The notes under the pieces were generated by a model that made no database searches, had not been told where the DNA came from, and was given only the letters and a program-made list of their open reading frames with translations. Source: Squalus acanthias (Eukaryota). Taken from it: a stretch of 64,000 nt of DNA. The position numbers and the translations under genes are program-made. Where the stretch lies: the NCBI GenBank assembly GCA_030390025.1, contig CM059448.1:25730001-25794000 (forward strand). Direction: 5' to 3'. This document shows positions 24,401 to 37,790 of this stretch, one piece after another. Positions within the stretch are counted from its first letter, which is position 1, and the number at the start of each line of letters is the position of its first letter.

Positions 24401-25779
24401 CCATGCAGGTGGTGAAGAATTTCAAAGGTGCCCAGTCCCACGCAAAGATTCCTCTAGAAGTTTAACTGCACTGATGTGAAGATCATGGTGGAATTCTTCT
24501 GCAGTCTTCTGTTTTCCAAATTGACCCATTAGTTTATGAGCACAAATGGCAGCTTTGCGAGGCATGGTGAACACTGCCTGTCTAACCCTTTCACTGACAC
24601 AGTCCTATATTCTATTTGCTGTCTTTTTTTTTGTAACATTCACAGCTGTATGGCATTCTGTGCAAAAGCTATCCAGAAATGAGATGTGAGCAGACAAGAA
24701 TTTTAATAAAATTCCAAAATAATTATCGGTAATTAATTGGGGAAAAAAGTCTTCTACTATAACTTGAAAATAAATACATCATTGCACTGCAGAGCCTTGC
24801 TGTTACATCATTATAACTGGCCAGTGATACTGTTAAAAGTTATTGGGGAATAGACAGTTTTTTCCTCTTGTATTAAATTAAACTGTATACATAATTCATT
24901 GTGTTGGTGTAAAGTAATTAAGTTCTCAGCATAAAATGTAAGAAACTGGGTAACATCTGCTGTTTATTTTGTAATTTCCTTTCTGTGTGTTTATAACCAC
25001 TCAATGCGATGGTCATTCCCGGCATTGTCTTTTTACATTCCCATGAAGTACCTTGCAATGTTTTTCTGCATTAAAGGCACCATATAAATGCAAGTTGTTA
25101 CGTTGAGCCCTGCTTTTTAGCAATAATCAAGAGTCAAATGGTCAAAACCAAGTGCAAAGAATTGGCACTGACGTATAGCAGGATGCAAACAGCTTTTTCA
25201 ACACATTTACAATTTTGCTGCACATAGTGACCAGAGCAATTCTTCCCCGTAACTGTTTTCAACAGATAGCAGAATAAAACTGCAGCAAAAATGATGACTG
25301 GCATTAACTGGAACTGCCCGTTGTGAGTAAAAATAATAGCCATCTCGGTTGTAGAGATGTTTTGAACCTGAAGGTTAGCGAAGGCAGTGGGTTACTTGAA
25401 AGTGGCGACAGCATTCTCCACACGATTAACCTGATTCTCATTTGAACTGCAAGGCTGCTGAATTCAAGGCTAGTTTTGTGTTGCTGACGGGAATAGACTG
25501 AGACTAATCCTTTATGTTGCTAGCTGATTAAACACATCTCAACATCAATGCCAAAAGAAAATGCTTTCTGTGAGAAGTTGTGAGTGTAATCCTTTCAACT
25601 TCATCTCACAAAATCAAAAGCATTTAGGATGATTTTCTTTAAATGATTGCTTTTCACTGACACCGTACAAATATAGTTGTGCTCAGATATTTTTATAAAA
25701 TATGGTGCGATGGCAGTTGTCGTATGAAAGTGCCCTTTAACTCTGAGTCACAATAATTGATTTTAAACTGAAAGTAAGA

Positions 25780-26150
25780 CTATTCCTCCACTGAAGACGG
25801 TGTCTGCTGGGGTATCGTTCCGCAGGGACCTGCCGCCCTCCAGTGTACTTCGCTCACGCAGCCTGGGCAATGTTGGAACTAATCAACCATGGGGGTCTCA
25901 TAGTTGAGCCTGAGTCTGCTCCCATCCAGTGTGACACACACACACACACTTTACATCAAGAGTCACTGGACATTGATCAGAACTGGAAATGGGTGGTTCA
26001 TTTTTTCCCTCTGTAGCTCAGAGGGGAAATTGTACTTGTCCCATTATTGCCACCTTGGCTGCGATCAGTTATGTCAGCCTAGACCAGGGACTAACTTGAA
26101 CCCTTCCCGGTCTGCAGAGCTCACTTCCACTTACTGATTGAGCCAATAGG
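25780..26150 (-). mobile_element. Ancient tRNA-SINE-like repeat (same family as 7880-9202)
   Basis: Reverse-complement similarity to the motifs of the 7880-9202 and 59270-59830 copies. Confidence 0.55.
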
Positions 26151-26540
26151 AAATAGTCTTTGTGGAGAACGGACAGCTTGTTTTACTTAATTTTTTGCAC
26201 ATGTAGCAAGACAGTAACAAACCTCAGACAGGAATTTGCTCATATTCCCTCTTGCCACAATGTTCCATGTTTTCCTCATACCAGGTGCCATCAGAAACAA
26301 AATGTGGCGACAGTCGAGGAAGGAATAGATGGCACAATGGACAATTCATTATATTTTTTGAAAAGGAGTGTTTGGCATCCCCAAGAGAAGAAGCATATCC
26401 TCCATTTTAGAATAGTTAAGTTGTAAAATCTGTGTACCTGAATGCTGCCTGATCCTATATGTACCATGACTCTTCAAATTCTGTAATATCTATGCAAGCG
26501 AGTGCCTTGCAACCTTCCATTACATATTCAGATACATATT

Positions 26541-27245
26541 GCGGGGGAATTTAATGTGGGTGAGCGGGTGGGAGTGGGAACGGGTGAGGGGTTAAATGGG
26601 CAAAACTTCTGAGCGTGTCGGCAAGCCGGCTCCAACCCGCCGACTTCCGGGTTTTACTGAGGCGGGACATGGGGCGGGCAGCCAACCCGCTCCTAGGAGG
26701 CGGGTTGACATTTTTAATATGTTAATAAGGTTGGAAGCCTGCTTTGGAGGTTTTACGGGCACCGGGAAACCTGTCAGCTGCAGCGAGGAGAGGACAGCCT
26801 CGGGGAGCACTCCTTGTGGGCCAGGAGGAGTAGCAGTGCTTCTTCCTGGCCCCCCCACCATCAGACCGCCACCCCCACCCCCCTGGGATTGGACCCCTGC
26901 CCGGTTCAGGGACTGGACCCCCCCCCTTCGGGATCGGACCCACCGCACCCCCCCCCCCCGGGGTCGGGGATTGGACACCCACTCCCACCCCCCCCCCCCC
27001 ACCCCCGCCATGCAGGGTCGGGGATCGGAGCCTCTCCGGGGTCAGGGATCAGACCAACCTGGTCCTGAAGCCTCCTCCCGAGTCCTCCCCGCCCGACTGA
27101 AAGCCAAGCCTGTCAATCAGGCTGACTTCCAGGCGGTGAACACGTCAAGGCCAAAGGTCGCACAACATGCGGGGAAAGCCGGACTTCCCGTCCGAAACTC
27201 CGCTCCCCCACGCCTACGCAACCCGACCCAGTAAATTTCCAGCCC
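26541..27245. mobile_element. PIF/Harbinger-like MITE
   Basis: Degenerate TIRs gcgggggaattta / taaatttccagccc, TSD att. It shares the internal motif gcactccttgtgggccaggaggag with 56388-57288. Confidence 0.75.
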
Positions 27246-27280
27246 ATTCTTCGCAGACAATAAATATGTCCATTTTTAAA

Positions 27281-27525
27281 AATTATTCGTTCCTGGGATG
27301 TGGGCATCGCTGGCAAGACCAGCATTTATTGCCCATCTCTAATTGCCCTCGAGAAGGTGGTGGTGAGCCGCCTTCTTGAACCGCTGCAGTCCGTGTGGTG
27401 AAGGTACTCCCACAGTGCTGTTAGGGAGGGAGTTCCAGGATTTTGACCCAGCGACGATGAAGGAACCACAATATATTTCCAAGTCAGGATGGTGTGTGAC
27501 TTGGAGGGAAACTTGGAGGTGATGG
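27281..27525 (-). mobile_element. CR1-group (Zenon-like) LINE 3' end
   Basis: Reverse complement of the 55900-56135 region (IVAGSKSWNSLPNSTVGVPSPHGLQRFKKAAHHHLL). Confidence 0.8.
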
Positions 27526-27529
27526 AGGA

Positions 27530-27760
27530 CTGAGTACAATCCTGACCTCACTTAATATCCACACTAGCGCACTTCTGCCAGTGGCCACTGGATAGCAATC
27601 AGTTACAGGAACCCTGGCCAATTTTTCCCTTTCTCACCCAGGATCGCTGCGGTCGATTGTAGTAATCCCATCTGTTGCCCTAGTTGAGATAAGCTAACTC
27701 AGCGCAGAGTGCGGATCAAACTTGGGACTTGAGACCTTCCTGGTCAATAAGGCTCAAACA
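27530..27760 (-). mobile_element. Ancient tRNA-SINE-like repeat, 5' half
   Basis: cactggatagcaatcagttacaggaaccctggcc...gaccttcctggtc is the reverse complement of the 7880-8070 motifs. Confidence 0.55.
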
Positions 27761-27770
27761 TGGAGACTTT

Positions 27771-28219
27771 GGGCTGGATTTTGAATGACCCATGGAGTCG
27801 GGTTTGGAGGCATGTGGGGGGTTAAATTTGCGGGGTCGGGGTTTCCGACCCTATCCCGACTCCATCCCGCCTCCACGCAATTTTGACATAATCAGTCGCA
27901 GGGTTCCCGACTCCGTCCCGCCTTCAAGAGGCGGGAGAGGCCATTAAAGCCCTTAACAAGCTCTAAATTGGCTCTGTAGTGCCATTTTTAAACTAGCTGT
28001 AGCTAGTTTAACCCTCTTCTGACGTGAAGCACGCCTGGTGTGAAACACTCCAGTGAAACCTGGCGGGAGCACAAGTGGATAGCTGACTATCGGCTGCAGG
28101 TCCACTATTACAACGGAGATGTGATGAAGGTAGTAGTAGTATTAGGTCTGAACGCCGCCTCTGATGCTGCTGCATTGAATGTCTTCAGAGACTGCCTGGG
28201 AGGACTTACTTGGCAAAAA

Positions 28220-28262
<43 letters not shown>

Positions 28263-28544
28263 CTTCTCCTCTACACCACCACCCATTTTTGCATCCAGGT
28301 CCACCCACATCAAAAGCCAGGCAGGTCCTCTCTCACCAACAGTCTCTGAGACTAGCCAGTCAGCAATGATGACATCTTCAGAGGCGGCTTTCAGACTGAA
28401 AACACTAATTAGTTCATGGGTTCCCACATGCTCCAACTCAATTGCCCAATTAAGTGAAAATTGCATCAGGCATCCACATTAATCTGGAGTCGGGGGGGGA
28501 AACACGAAATGCGGATTACCCGACCCCAAGACAAAATCCAGCCC
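27771..28544. mobile_element. PIF/Harbinger-like MITE
   Basis: Perfect 13-bp TIRs gggctggattttg / caaaatccagccc, TSD ttt, internal (TC)n at about 28223-28260. Confidence 0.85.
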
Positions 28545-28969
28545 TTTACCTCTGAGTCTTGGGGACATTCAGAAACCTTATCATTTGAGAAAGTTGCAAG
28601 GCTGGAATGTAAATTCAGTGCTCGGGAGGTTTTATAAACCACTTGGGCTTTGTTCTTTCAGTTGATGATATTATTGGAGCCTCGTGATTATGTATGGTGC
28701 CGTTATGTAATACACTCCTGATTAGATACTGTTTCAATTTTCAGCTTTTTCAGAGTGGAAAAGGTGCAGGAAATATCATTTTCTAGCGAGGAGATAAAAA
28801 TGTATCTGATTACAACTTCTTGGTGGTTACTGTATGTTTCTCATATGTTGATGCACAACACATATTCCTATCCATATGAACAAGTAACTTGAGTACTGAA
28901 GCAAAGGGGGAAGAACCAGTGCCAGCATGTCTACAAATTTAGGGTTAGTGCCGAGACGCAAGGCTGGAG

Positions 28970-30420
28970 TAGACTGCAGAGATAGGGTGGGAGGATATTG
29001 AAGATCAGGCGAAGATTTTACATTTAACCTATGGAGGATTGGAAGTCAATATACGTCAGCCAGAAAGGGGCTGATGGGAGTGTGGAGCTTTGTATAGTTC
29101 AGGATGTGGGTGGCTGCGTTTAGGACCACTTGGAGTTTATGGAGGGTGAAAGATGGGAGGCCAGTGAATAGGAAATTAGGGAAATGAAGTCTGGAGCTGA
29201 CAAAAGCATAGGGTATGTTAGCCTTTATTGCAAGGGGGTTGCAACATAAGAGCATAGAAGTCTTGCTGCAATTATACAGGGCTTTGGTGAGACCACACCC
29301 GAAAGTACTGTGTACAGTTTTGGTCTCCTTACTTAAGGAAGGATATACTTTCATTAGAGGGGGTGCAATGAAAGTTCACTGGATTGATTCCTGTGATAAG
29401 GGGGCTGTCAGACAAGAACAGATTGAATAGAATGGGCCTATATTCTCTGGAGTTTAGAAGAATCAGAGGTGATCTCATTGAAATGTATAAAATTCTTAGA
29501 GGGCTTGACAGGGTAGATGCTGAGAGGCTGTTTCCCTGGCTGGAGAGTCTAGAACTAGGGGTTATAGTCTCAGGATAAGGAACCAGTCATTTAGGACTGA
29601 AATGAGGAGATATTTCTTCACTCAGAGAGTTGTGAATCTTTGGAATTCTCTACCCCAGAGCGCTGAGCGATGCTCAGTCGTTGAGTACATTTAAGACTGA
29701 GATCAATAGATTCTTGGACACTAAGGGAATCGAGGGATATGGGAATGGGTGGGAAAGTGGAGTTGATGTAGAAGTTTAGCCATGATCGTATTGAATGGTG
29801 AAGCAGGCTTGAGGGGCCGTCTGGCCTACCCCTGCTCCTAGTCTGAGGGAGGGTTAGAGATGGACAATGTTGCGAAGGTGGAAATAAGCAGTCTTGTTAA
29901 TAGATAAGATGTGTTCAAAGCCCTGCTCGCCAAGATTTCCCATAGCCTGCTTCAGCCCAAGCAAGTGGTCAGAGAGGGTGATAGTCTCATGGACAGAGGT
30001 CGAAAGTAATGGCTTTGGTCTTCCCGATGCTCATTTCGAAGAATTTGTGATTCATAGACAGCCTTATGTCGGATGCGCAGTCTGACAGCAAAGAAATTGT
30101 TGTGGGATCAAGAGAAATATTGGAGAAGTAGAGCTACCTATTGTCAGTGTACAGCTGAAAACTGATCCCATGCCGGCGGATGTACATGAGAGAGAGGAGG
30201 GGGGCCAAGGAAAGGCCATTAGTACAGGTAGGAGTGGAACCACTCGAGGGTAATCCCACGGAGCAGGGCAGTGGAGGAGAGGGGATGGAAAACTATAGCA
30301 TGGTCAGCTGTTTCAGATACTGCAGAGAAGTCAAGAGGAATAGTGCATCACGATTGCAATCACAGAAAAAGTCATTTAAAACTTTGACGAGAGAAGGCTT
30401 GGTGCTTGAGCCGGGTAGAA
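28970..30420 (-). mobile_element. Old L2 LINE, interrupted by a CR1 insertion
   Basis: Segments 28970-29202 and 29845-30420 are homologous to the L2 at 32920-34160 (e.g. LHKLQVVLNAATHILNYTK; ggctttggtcttccc). Confidence 0.7.
29203..29842 (+). mobile_element. CR1/HER1 LINE 3' fragment
   Basis: MLAFIARGLQHKSIEVLLQLYRALVRPH.. and RLNRMGLYSLEFRRIRGDLIEMYKILRGLDRVDAERLFP, with the CR1 3' UTR ggcctacccctgctccta. Confidence 0.92.
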
Positions 30421-30499
30421 ACTGGACTTCAAGAAATCGAACAGAGAGTTTTGGGTAAACCTCACCTGAAAAGAAATCAAGCAAGTTAAATATCTCTAT

Positions 30500-31330
30500 A
30501 ACCCTCAATCTTGCTTCCTATTTAAAGATGTCAGTTGACCCTCAAATCAGTGACCTTTTCTGGGAGTTTGTTCCACATATTGAGTATCCTTTGGGGGAGT
30601 CTAGAACCAGGGGTCACAGTCTCAGAATAAGGGGTCGGCCATTTAGGACTGAGATGAGGAGAAATTTCTTCACTCAGAGGGTGGTGAATCTTTGGAATTC
30701 TCTACCCCAGAGGGCTGTGGAGGCTCAGTCGTTGAGTATATTCAAGACGGGGATCGATAGATTTTTGGATATTAAGGGATATGGGGATAGTGCAGGAAAG
30801 TGGAGTTGAGGTAGAAGATCAGCCATGATCTTATTGAATGGCGGAGCAGGCTCAAGGGGCCTGCTCCTGCTCCTATTTCTTATGTTCTTATGTAACCTTG
30901 CTTAAGACTTGAGAATGTTTTGCTTAATTCCTCTGGTACTGTGTTCATTGTCCAGGATAAGTCCTATTTACGTCCACTTCATTTGTACCTTTTATTGCGG
31001 AAGACCTGTATCATGTCCCCATTCGGTCGTCTTTTCTCCAGTGAAAAGAACGGTAGCCTTTGTTCATAACTTAGTCCCCTAAGGCCTAGAATCATCCTGC
31101 TCATTCTTCTCCGAATCCTTTCTAATGCAACAAAACCCTTTTTGAGTTAGGGTGACCAAACCTGCACACAGTTCTCCAGGATTGGCCTCAACATTCATCT
31201 GTACAATGTCATTGTGAATAGTTCTGACTTGTAGTTCAATGCCCTGCAGAGGCATGACTTAATAATTGTTTCACACTGACCAGATGCTTTCAGAGGCTGA
31301 TAATTGATCGCTTACAAATCCTTTTTATTT
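30500..31330 (-). mobile_element. Old CR1 fragment hosting a younger CR1
   Basis: Diverged reverse-complement CR1 motifs (ggtgaccaaacctgcacacagttctccagg; atcatcctgctcattcttctccgaatcc) on both sides of 30588-30893. Confidence 0.55.
30588..30893 (+). mobile_element. CR1/HER1 LINE 3' end
   Basis: GESRTRGHSLRIRGRPFRTEMRRNFFTQRVVNLWNSLPQRAVEA, with tail cctatttcttatgttcttatg. Confidence 0.92.
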
Positions 31331-32919
31331 TTGGCATCTGCCAGTGGAGACTTCAAAATAGGACCCTTTTGGGTTAAAGACTACCTTACATTTATTATCC
31401 ACTTTGAAATCCACCTGCTATATTTCAGCCCTTCCATGTAATTAATCCTTATCTGCCTACTGAGCTTTTGGGGGCTCACAGGTTGAATATCTGTCTGCAG
31501 TCTGGGCATTGCAGGGCTGATTCCTATCTGATTTAAGTGCATACTCGGTTACAATATCCTGTTGACTTGATACTGCAAGGGTTGTTGTCAGTCAGTTTTT
31601 TTTGTGATCATTGAGGTAGGTAATGCAGGATGACTTTGAGAAGCTAGTTAGACTCCTTCAGTGCTGTGTTGAGACAGCTCTGTTCATCCCAATCATCTTT
31701 AGCAGATGCCCTGAGACATTTCAGAATCAAACGAAGTTGATCGATGTAACTTGAATCTAAATTGAAGTTAAATAAATCTCAATCCAAATAAATAACATGG
31801 ATCAACTTTGAAAAAATTCTCGGCAAGTATTGAGTCTTTTATCATTTTAATAATGTCCAGAACTTGACAGTCTTAACTCGTGCAACCATAATTTTAGCAA
31901 AAATGCTGGTGGGTGTAGATTGAGCTCTGCAAACTGTTGAGCGTTGCATTTTAATAAAGGACCCATTAGCCGCCAGCATTTCCAAAGTGAGCTCCGAGCA
32001 TGGAGGTTTACTTCACATTCTAGCTGAATAAACTGCTCTGTGGAAACAAAGGAGGACCTAGAGGATTAAAAAGAAGCATAGTCTTAAGAAAGTTGCCAGC
32101 TAATCCATTTAAGCACAATGTTGGTACTGTTGATTAATTCCTCTTGCTGGTTCAGAAGCCAGTAATTGCAGTTGATAACAGTTTAATGGATCTGAGTGTT
32201 AACAAACAATGCCATTAATAGAATGGTGTTCTCCTGACAAAGTAGGAGTATGTGAACACTACTTTCAAATTAAAATTTATTCTGAATTCTACAGTATTGC
32301 ACATTAACTCAGGATGAGTACAGCACCGATCAACATTTTAATAGCTAATAGAATCTGTTTTATAACTTTGAGCATTTTGAGGGAAACTAGTTACAATTTG
32401 GCAGTGTGCTGTTTTGACTTTAGGCATCAACCAATTGTGTGCTTCTGTGACATGTTGGTAGTTTTCTCATACCAGCCATACCTGGATGATCTACTTACTA
32501 TGGTCCGAATAGTCAAATTCATTTTAGAATTATATATAGATTTGAATTTTGGTGACTGTCAATCAAAATAAGTTACCTTCTTAGAAATGTATTGTTTGAA
32601 GCTAAACAATGAGCTGTTTAAAAGAATACTTTCATTTAAGAACAGAACTTGGTCTTTGGACAGAATAATCTTTATCCTTTCCCTGCTCCCACATCTTCTG
32701 GATCTTGCCCATTATGAGCAAACAGTTCTGCTTCTGTAAGTTAAGCTGCAGTAAATCCAAGATCTAAGGTGGTCTTGTTTTCTCTCTTGTGCAAACTGTG
32801 TAGCTGTAGACTACCTAATAAAGTTTTATTTTGTTCAGTGTGTTGCATTCTACAGGTTATTTGTCCAAAAAGGAAATGGCTTGAGACCAATTTGCAGCTA
32901 TGTGGGATGTTTTGGATCA

Positions 32920-34160
32920 ACAACAACAACAACTTGCATTTATATAGCGCCTTTAACACAGCAAAATGTCCCAAGGCGCATCACAGGAGCGTTATCAAAC
33001 AAAATTTGACATCCAGCCACCAAAGAAGATATTAGGACAAATGACCAAAAGCTTGGGCAAAGCAGTAGTTTTTAAGGAGCGTCATAAAGGAGGAGAGAGA
33101 GGTGGAGAGGTTTAGGGAGGGAATTCCAGAGCTTGGAGCCTAGGCAACTGAAGGCACGGCCGCCAATGGTGGAGCGATTTTAAAAACAAAATGGGGATGC
33201 TCAAGAGGCCAGAATTGGACGAGCGCAGAGATCTCTAAGGCTTGTAGGGCTTGGAGGAGGCTCCAGAGATAGGGAGGGGCGAGGCCATGGATGGATTTGA
33301 AAACAAGGATGAGAATTATAAAATTGAGACAATGCCGGACCAGGAGCCAATATAGGTCAATGAGTACAGGGATGATGGATGAACAGGACTTGGTGCGAGT
33401 TAGGATACGGGCAGCAGAGTTTTGGATGAGCTCAAGTTTATGTAGGTTGGAAGATTGGATGCTGGCCAGGAGAGCGTTGGGATAATCAAATCTAGTGGTA
33501 ACAGAGGCATGAGTGAGAGTTTCAGCAGCAGCTGAGCTGAGGCAGGGGTGGAGTCAGGCGATGTTACGGAGGTGGAAGTAGGCGGTCTTGGTGATTGAGT
33601 GGATATGTGGTCAGAAGCTCAGTTCAGTGTCAAATATGACACCAAGGTTGCAAACAGTCTGTTTCAACCCAAGACAGTTGCCAGGGAGAGGGATGGAGTC
33701 GGTGGCTAGGGAATGGAGTTTGTGGCGGGGACCGAAGACAATGGCTTTGGTCTTCCCAATATTTAGTTGGAGGAAATGTCTGCTCATCCAGTACTGGATG
33801 TCGGACAAGCAGCATGACAAATCCGAGACAGTGGAGGGGTCGAGAGAGGTGGTGATGAGGTAGAGCTGGGTGTCGTCAGCGTACATGTGGAACCTGACGT
33901 TGCTTTTACAGATGATGTCGCCAAGGGGCAGCATGTAGATGAGAAATAAGAGGAAGCCAATGCTAAACTTTTGGGGAACTCCAGAGGTAATGGTGTGGGA
34001 ACGGGAAGAGGAGCCATTGCAGGTAATTCTCTGGCTATGACTGGATAGATAAGAATGGAACCAGGCGAGGGCAGTCCCACTCAGTTGGATGACAAAATAG
34101 AAGTGTTGGAGGAGGATAGTGTGGTCAGCCATGTCAAAGGCTGCAGACGGGTCAAGATCA
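32920..34160 (-). mobile_element. L2-clade LINE (RT domain remnant to 3' tail)
   Basis: ORF 33611-34210 contains LDPSAAFDMADHTILL, SGVPQ, YADDTQLY and LQLNIGKTK. 3' tail (aac)n ttgcatttatatagcgcc at 32920. Confidence 0.93.
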
Positions 34161-35380
34161 ATATTAATAGTCGCTGTCTGACAGGAACGATGGCCAAGGA
34201 GAGAGAGCAAAAGTAGAAAACTGAATTTCTAATGAGCAAGTAGATTGTCTTTTTGTGGACAATTGTATTTGCTCAAGTGCTTATATCGAGAGATTTGCTC
34301 TGCCTTTTAGTCCTGACTCCAGTATGGTCAGTCACTAGAAAGTATTGAAAAAGTCTTGAGATATTAACTGTGGCCAAAGATGGGCAGACAATCAAGTTAC
34401 TGCATATAATAATCTGATAATGCCAGGCTGAATTAAAGTAGCTGAATTTAATGAGGGCCATTTATTTATGTAATGCATTTCTGTTGCTTGAGATCTTCCA
34501 TGAACAAAAATAAAGTATTTTAATACTGAAGTTGTCTAGAGGTTCTGACCTCCCAAAAAGTAAGTTGCATGCCTCAGACCTCCTGAAGTTTGTCATTTCT
34601 GAATTTCTGCATTAGCTTTTGCTGATGCAGTGAAGTAGGAAACTACCTTCTATACTGCACTGTATTTGTGTTTATATTGCGCAGCAGGGATGAGTGAACA
34701 AGGCTTGGTTCCAAATTTCTACTCGGTTCAGTTCAAATGTCTCACATCCATCCAAGCTTAATTTAGATCAAAATCATTCAAATTCTACAGCCATTTGCTG
34801 TGTCACAGTCCAGGTAAATCTGGCTTGGCTCCAACAACTAACTTGCTTATCATTTGAATAGGTTAAAGAACAGAGAAATCTGCCAAATTTGAAACCGAAT
34901 CCAGCCCAAGCAAATTGGGTTCAGTTGAAGAAGCTTTGCCTTCTTGGCTCAGTTCCAGTCTCAGCCTTGCAATAAATCATTATGTTCTTTATATTGCGAA
35001 GTAACATGAGGATCGTTTTTGCTTGTTTTGCTGGAATGCAAATACGCCTGATGTGCAAAGACAGGGAATAATTTGGAATTCCTGAAGGCTGCTGGAAACA
35101 ATTGGGCAGGTTGCAAATCTATTTACCAATAACAGCACAACTCATGGCTTTAAAGAGGTGCACAAGTTACCATCCAGAGGCTTGCAGGGCAACTGCTGGA
35201 AAAATAGCTAAGCCTGTTTCAGGAAAGTCTGCTGTATCACATTTGTTTACTAACGGTGCTCACAAGCTTTGCAGTGGATGAGGAAGAAGGGAAAAATAAT
35301 ACTCTTTTTTTTGTACAGCGTGGCTAATGCAAATTTCAAGGTAATTTATCGACCTGATTGTACTATGTGGTAAAGAGTAT

Positions 35381-35480
35381 GGGGTAGATTTCCACAGAAA
35401 TGAAAATGGGTGATTTCTATAACGGGCAGCCGATCTGTAACATTAGTTTTATGGTCGACGCCAAGTTTAAAATCTACCCC
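35381..35480. mobile_element. 100-bp mini-MITE (Harbinger-like)
   Basis: TIRs ggggtagattt / aaatctacccc. Flanks tat/tag. Confidence 0.6.
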
Positions 35481-35911
35481 TAGATCAACTACTGTATAAA
35501 CTGGGCCTTTATTTACAAAATGTACTTCAAAACAATCTTTGTGCAATTGTTTAAATTAATATGATTTTGAGGTCATATTCATTGTGCAGAGTGTCATGAC
35601 TACACGGAGAATTATTCACAGCCATGTGACTGATATATTTAGTTTAGAAGATCACTCTGGATTAGTCCTAGGGCCACTAAAAAAATTCCCCACTCCTGTT
35701 GTGCTATAAGCTGTGTAACAGTATTCAAAAGGCCTAAATCATAAATGCGTTGGAAGGGACGTACTTTTGGGAGAACAGATAGGACTCAATAGCCACATGC
35801 TGTGTCACAACTAGCTATGTAGAGTATGAACTGTACCAGCCACCATGGCCCTGAAACAGCTGTCTCCCACAGAGTGCACTGCTTTAGAGATCAAGTCATG
35901 GGAGGTCTATA

Positions 35912-36258
35912 CAGAATAATAGAATCTTACAGCACAGAAGGAGGCCATTAGGCCCATCGTGGCTGTGCCGGCTTTCTGAAAGAAGTACCAATTAGTCCCA
36001 CTCCCTTGCTCTTTCCCCATAGACTTGCAATTCTCTTTTGAAAGTTACCATTGAATATGCTTCCACCAGACTTTCAGGCAGTGAGTTCCAGATCATCATA
36101 ACTTGCTGAGTAAAAAAAAATTCTCCTCATCTCCCCCCTGGCTTTTTTTTGCCAATTATCATAAATCTGTGTCCTCTGGTTACCAATCCTCCTGCCAGTG
36201 GAAATGGTTTCTCCCTATCTACTCTATCAAAATTCCTCATAATTTTGAACACCTATTA
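35912..36258 (-). mobile_element. CR1/HER1 3' fragment
   Basis: atagaatcttacagcacagaaggaggccattaggcccatc...ttcaggcagtgagttccaga, homologous to 41693-42067. Confidence 0.8.
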
Positions 36259-37389
36259 ACAAGTTTGAAAAAAATCTTCATTTGAACCGTTACACTCTCA
36301 GAAAACATTTTTAGATTGAATGGTATCATTGCTGTGGCTATTTAACTGTCATTACCATTAATGTACTGGTTGTTCTTTGTGTCAAATGATCAGGTCTCTG
36401 AGTGCTGCTGCTGCTATTCAGAGCAACGCCGCGCCGCGCCTTCGCTCTGGTTATTTGGTCCTCTTCCAGGTCTTTTCAGATCCCTAACTTGACAGTCAAA
36501 TCATTTCTGTCCCGCTCCGCAATATCATTCATTCGATTCCTAATGATGTGCAGCTTGCCACTAACAGAAGCATTCTTGCAACTAACCCATTTCACACTAT
36601 CTTCACGCTTTAAGCGAGGCGATAATGAACTCAAAAGCAGAACTGTGCCTTTTTTTCTCTCTCTCTTCGGTTCAGCTTCACACCCAATACTGAAGGGGGT
36701 GTGGGGGGGGGGGCGGGGGTTGTGTTTCCGTAGAGTAAACACGTCTTTACACCTGTGGCTTGGCCACTGGAGCCGCAGACACGGCAGTTTAGTTTAGATT
36801 CATAGCTAGGTGTGATTCACGCTGGATCAATTTGTCATCCTACTAAATGAAAACTAATTACTTCCTTGGGAAAAATTTCTTTGGAATTTTAGCTAGTTAT
36901 TGGCAGCCTCAGTGGAGACAATGCAGCAGAATCTGATGCGGGCTGGAATGCTAAAGCAAGATTGGCTATGGAAAAAAAAAGCCTTGCTTCTCAAACCTCC
37001 TTTGGTAATAATTTAATCAGAATCTTATTTCATCTTTTGTGTATAGTTCCTGGGAGATCTATAATGTAATAAATAAGATCTGCTTTATTTTCTAACCTCA
37101 AATCTAATCCTGTAGATAAAAGCTTATTTTTCTTTATTGCAATTAAAAATAGTGTTCTGTAGCAGATGAGGTGAATTAGAAAAGAAAAAATAATGCAACG
37201 TTCTCTCTAAACAGACCGTCTTAAACACACATGAAATAATCAACAAACCGTTCCTTGGCCAGGCTCTCTTGTTTTTGGCTTTCTATTTTTGCAGATGGTT
37301 ATAGCCCTAACAGCAAGGTCACAATCCCAGCAGACCGTTCATCTATTGTTTACTTCTGTGTACTTGCTCCTCATACCCATTTCTCCGAG

Positions 37390-37790
37390 AGTTCCCGGTT
37401 CAGCAACACCTCGATTTAAAAATTCTGATCATTCTGTTCAAAACTCTCCACGGCCTCACCCCTTCCTATCTCTCTAACCTCCCCCAGCCTTACAACCCTC
37501 TGAGATCTCTGCGCTCCTCCAGTTCTGGCCTCTTGTGTATCCCCGATCTTCATCGTTCCACCGTTGGCGTCTGTGCCTTCAGCTGCCGAGGCCCTAAGTT
37601 CTGGAATTCCCTCCCTAAACCTCTCTACCTCTCTCCTCTTTTAAGTTGCTCCTTAAAGCCTACCTCATTTGGTCACCTGTCCTAATATTTCTTTATGTGG
37701 CTTGTGTCAAATTTTGTCTGTTAACCCTCCTGTGAAGCGCCTTGGGACGCTTTACTACGTTAAAGTCGTCATATAAATCCAAGTTGTTGC
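37390..37790 (+). mobile_element. L2 3' fragment
   Basis: caacacctcgatttaaaaattc...gtgaagcgccttgggacgctttactacgttaaag, homologous to 12510-12925. Confidence 0.85.

Noticed and set aside
26596-27234. 212-aa ORF (likewise 56662-57309)
   Set aside because: It lies within a GC-rich MITE and has no transposase motifs.
33611-34210. Reverse transcriptase ORF as a functional gene or novel RT system
   Set aside because: A truncated, degenerate L2 LINE fragment with an ordinary L2 tail.
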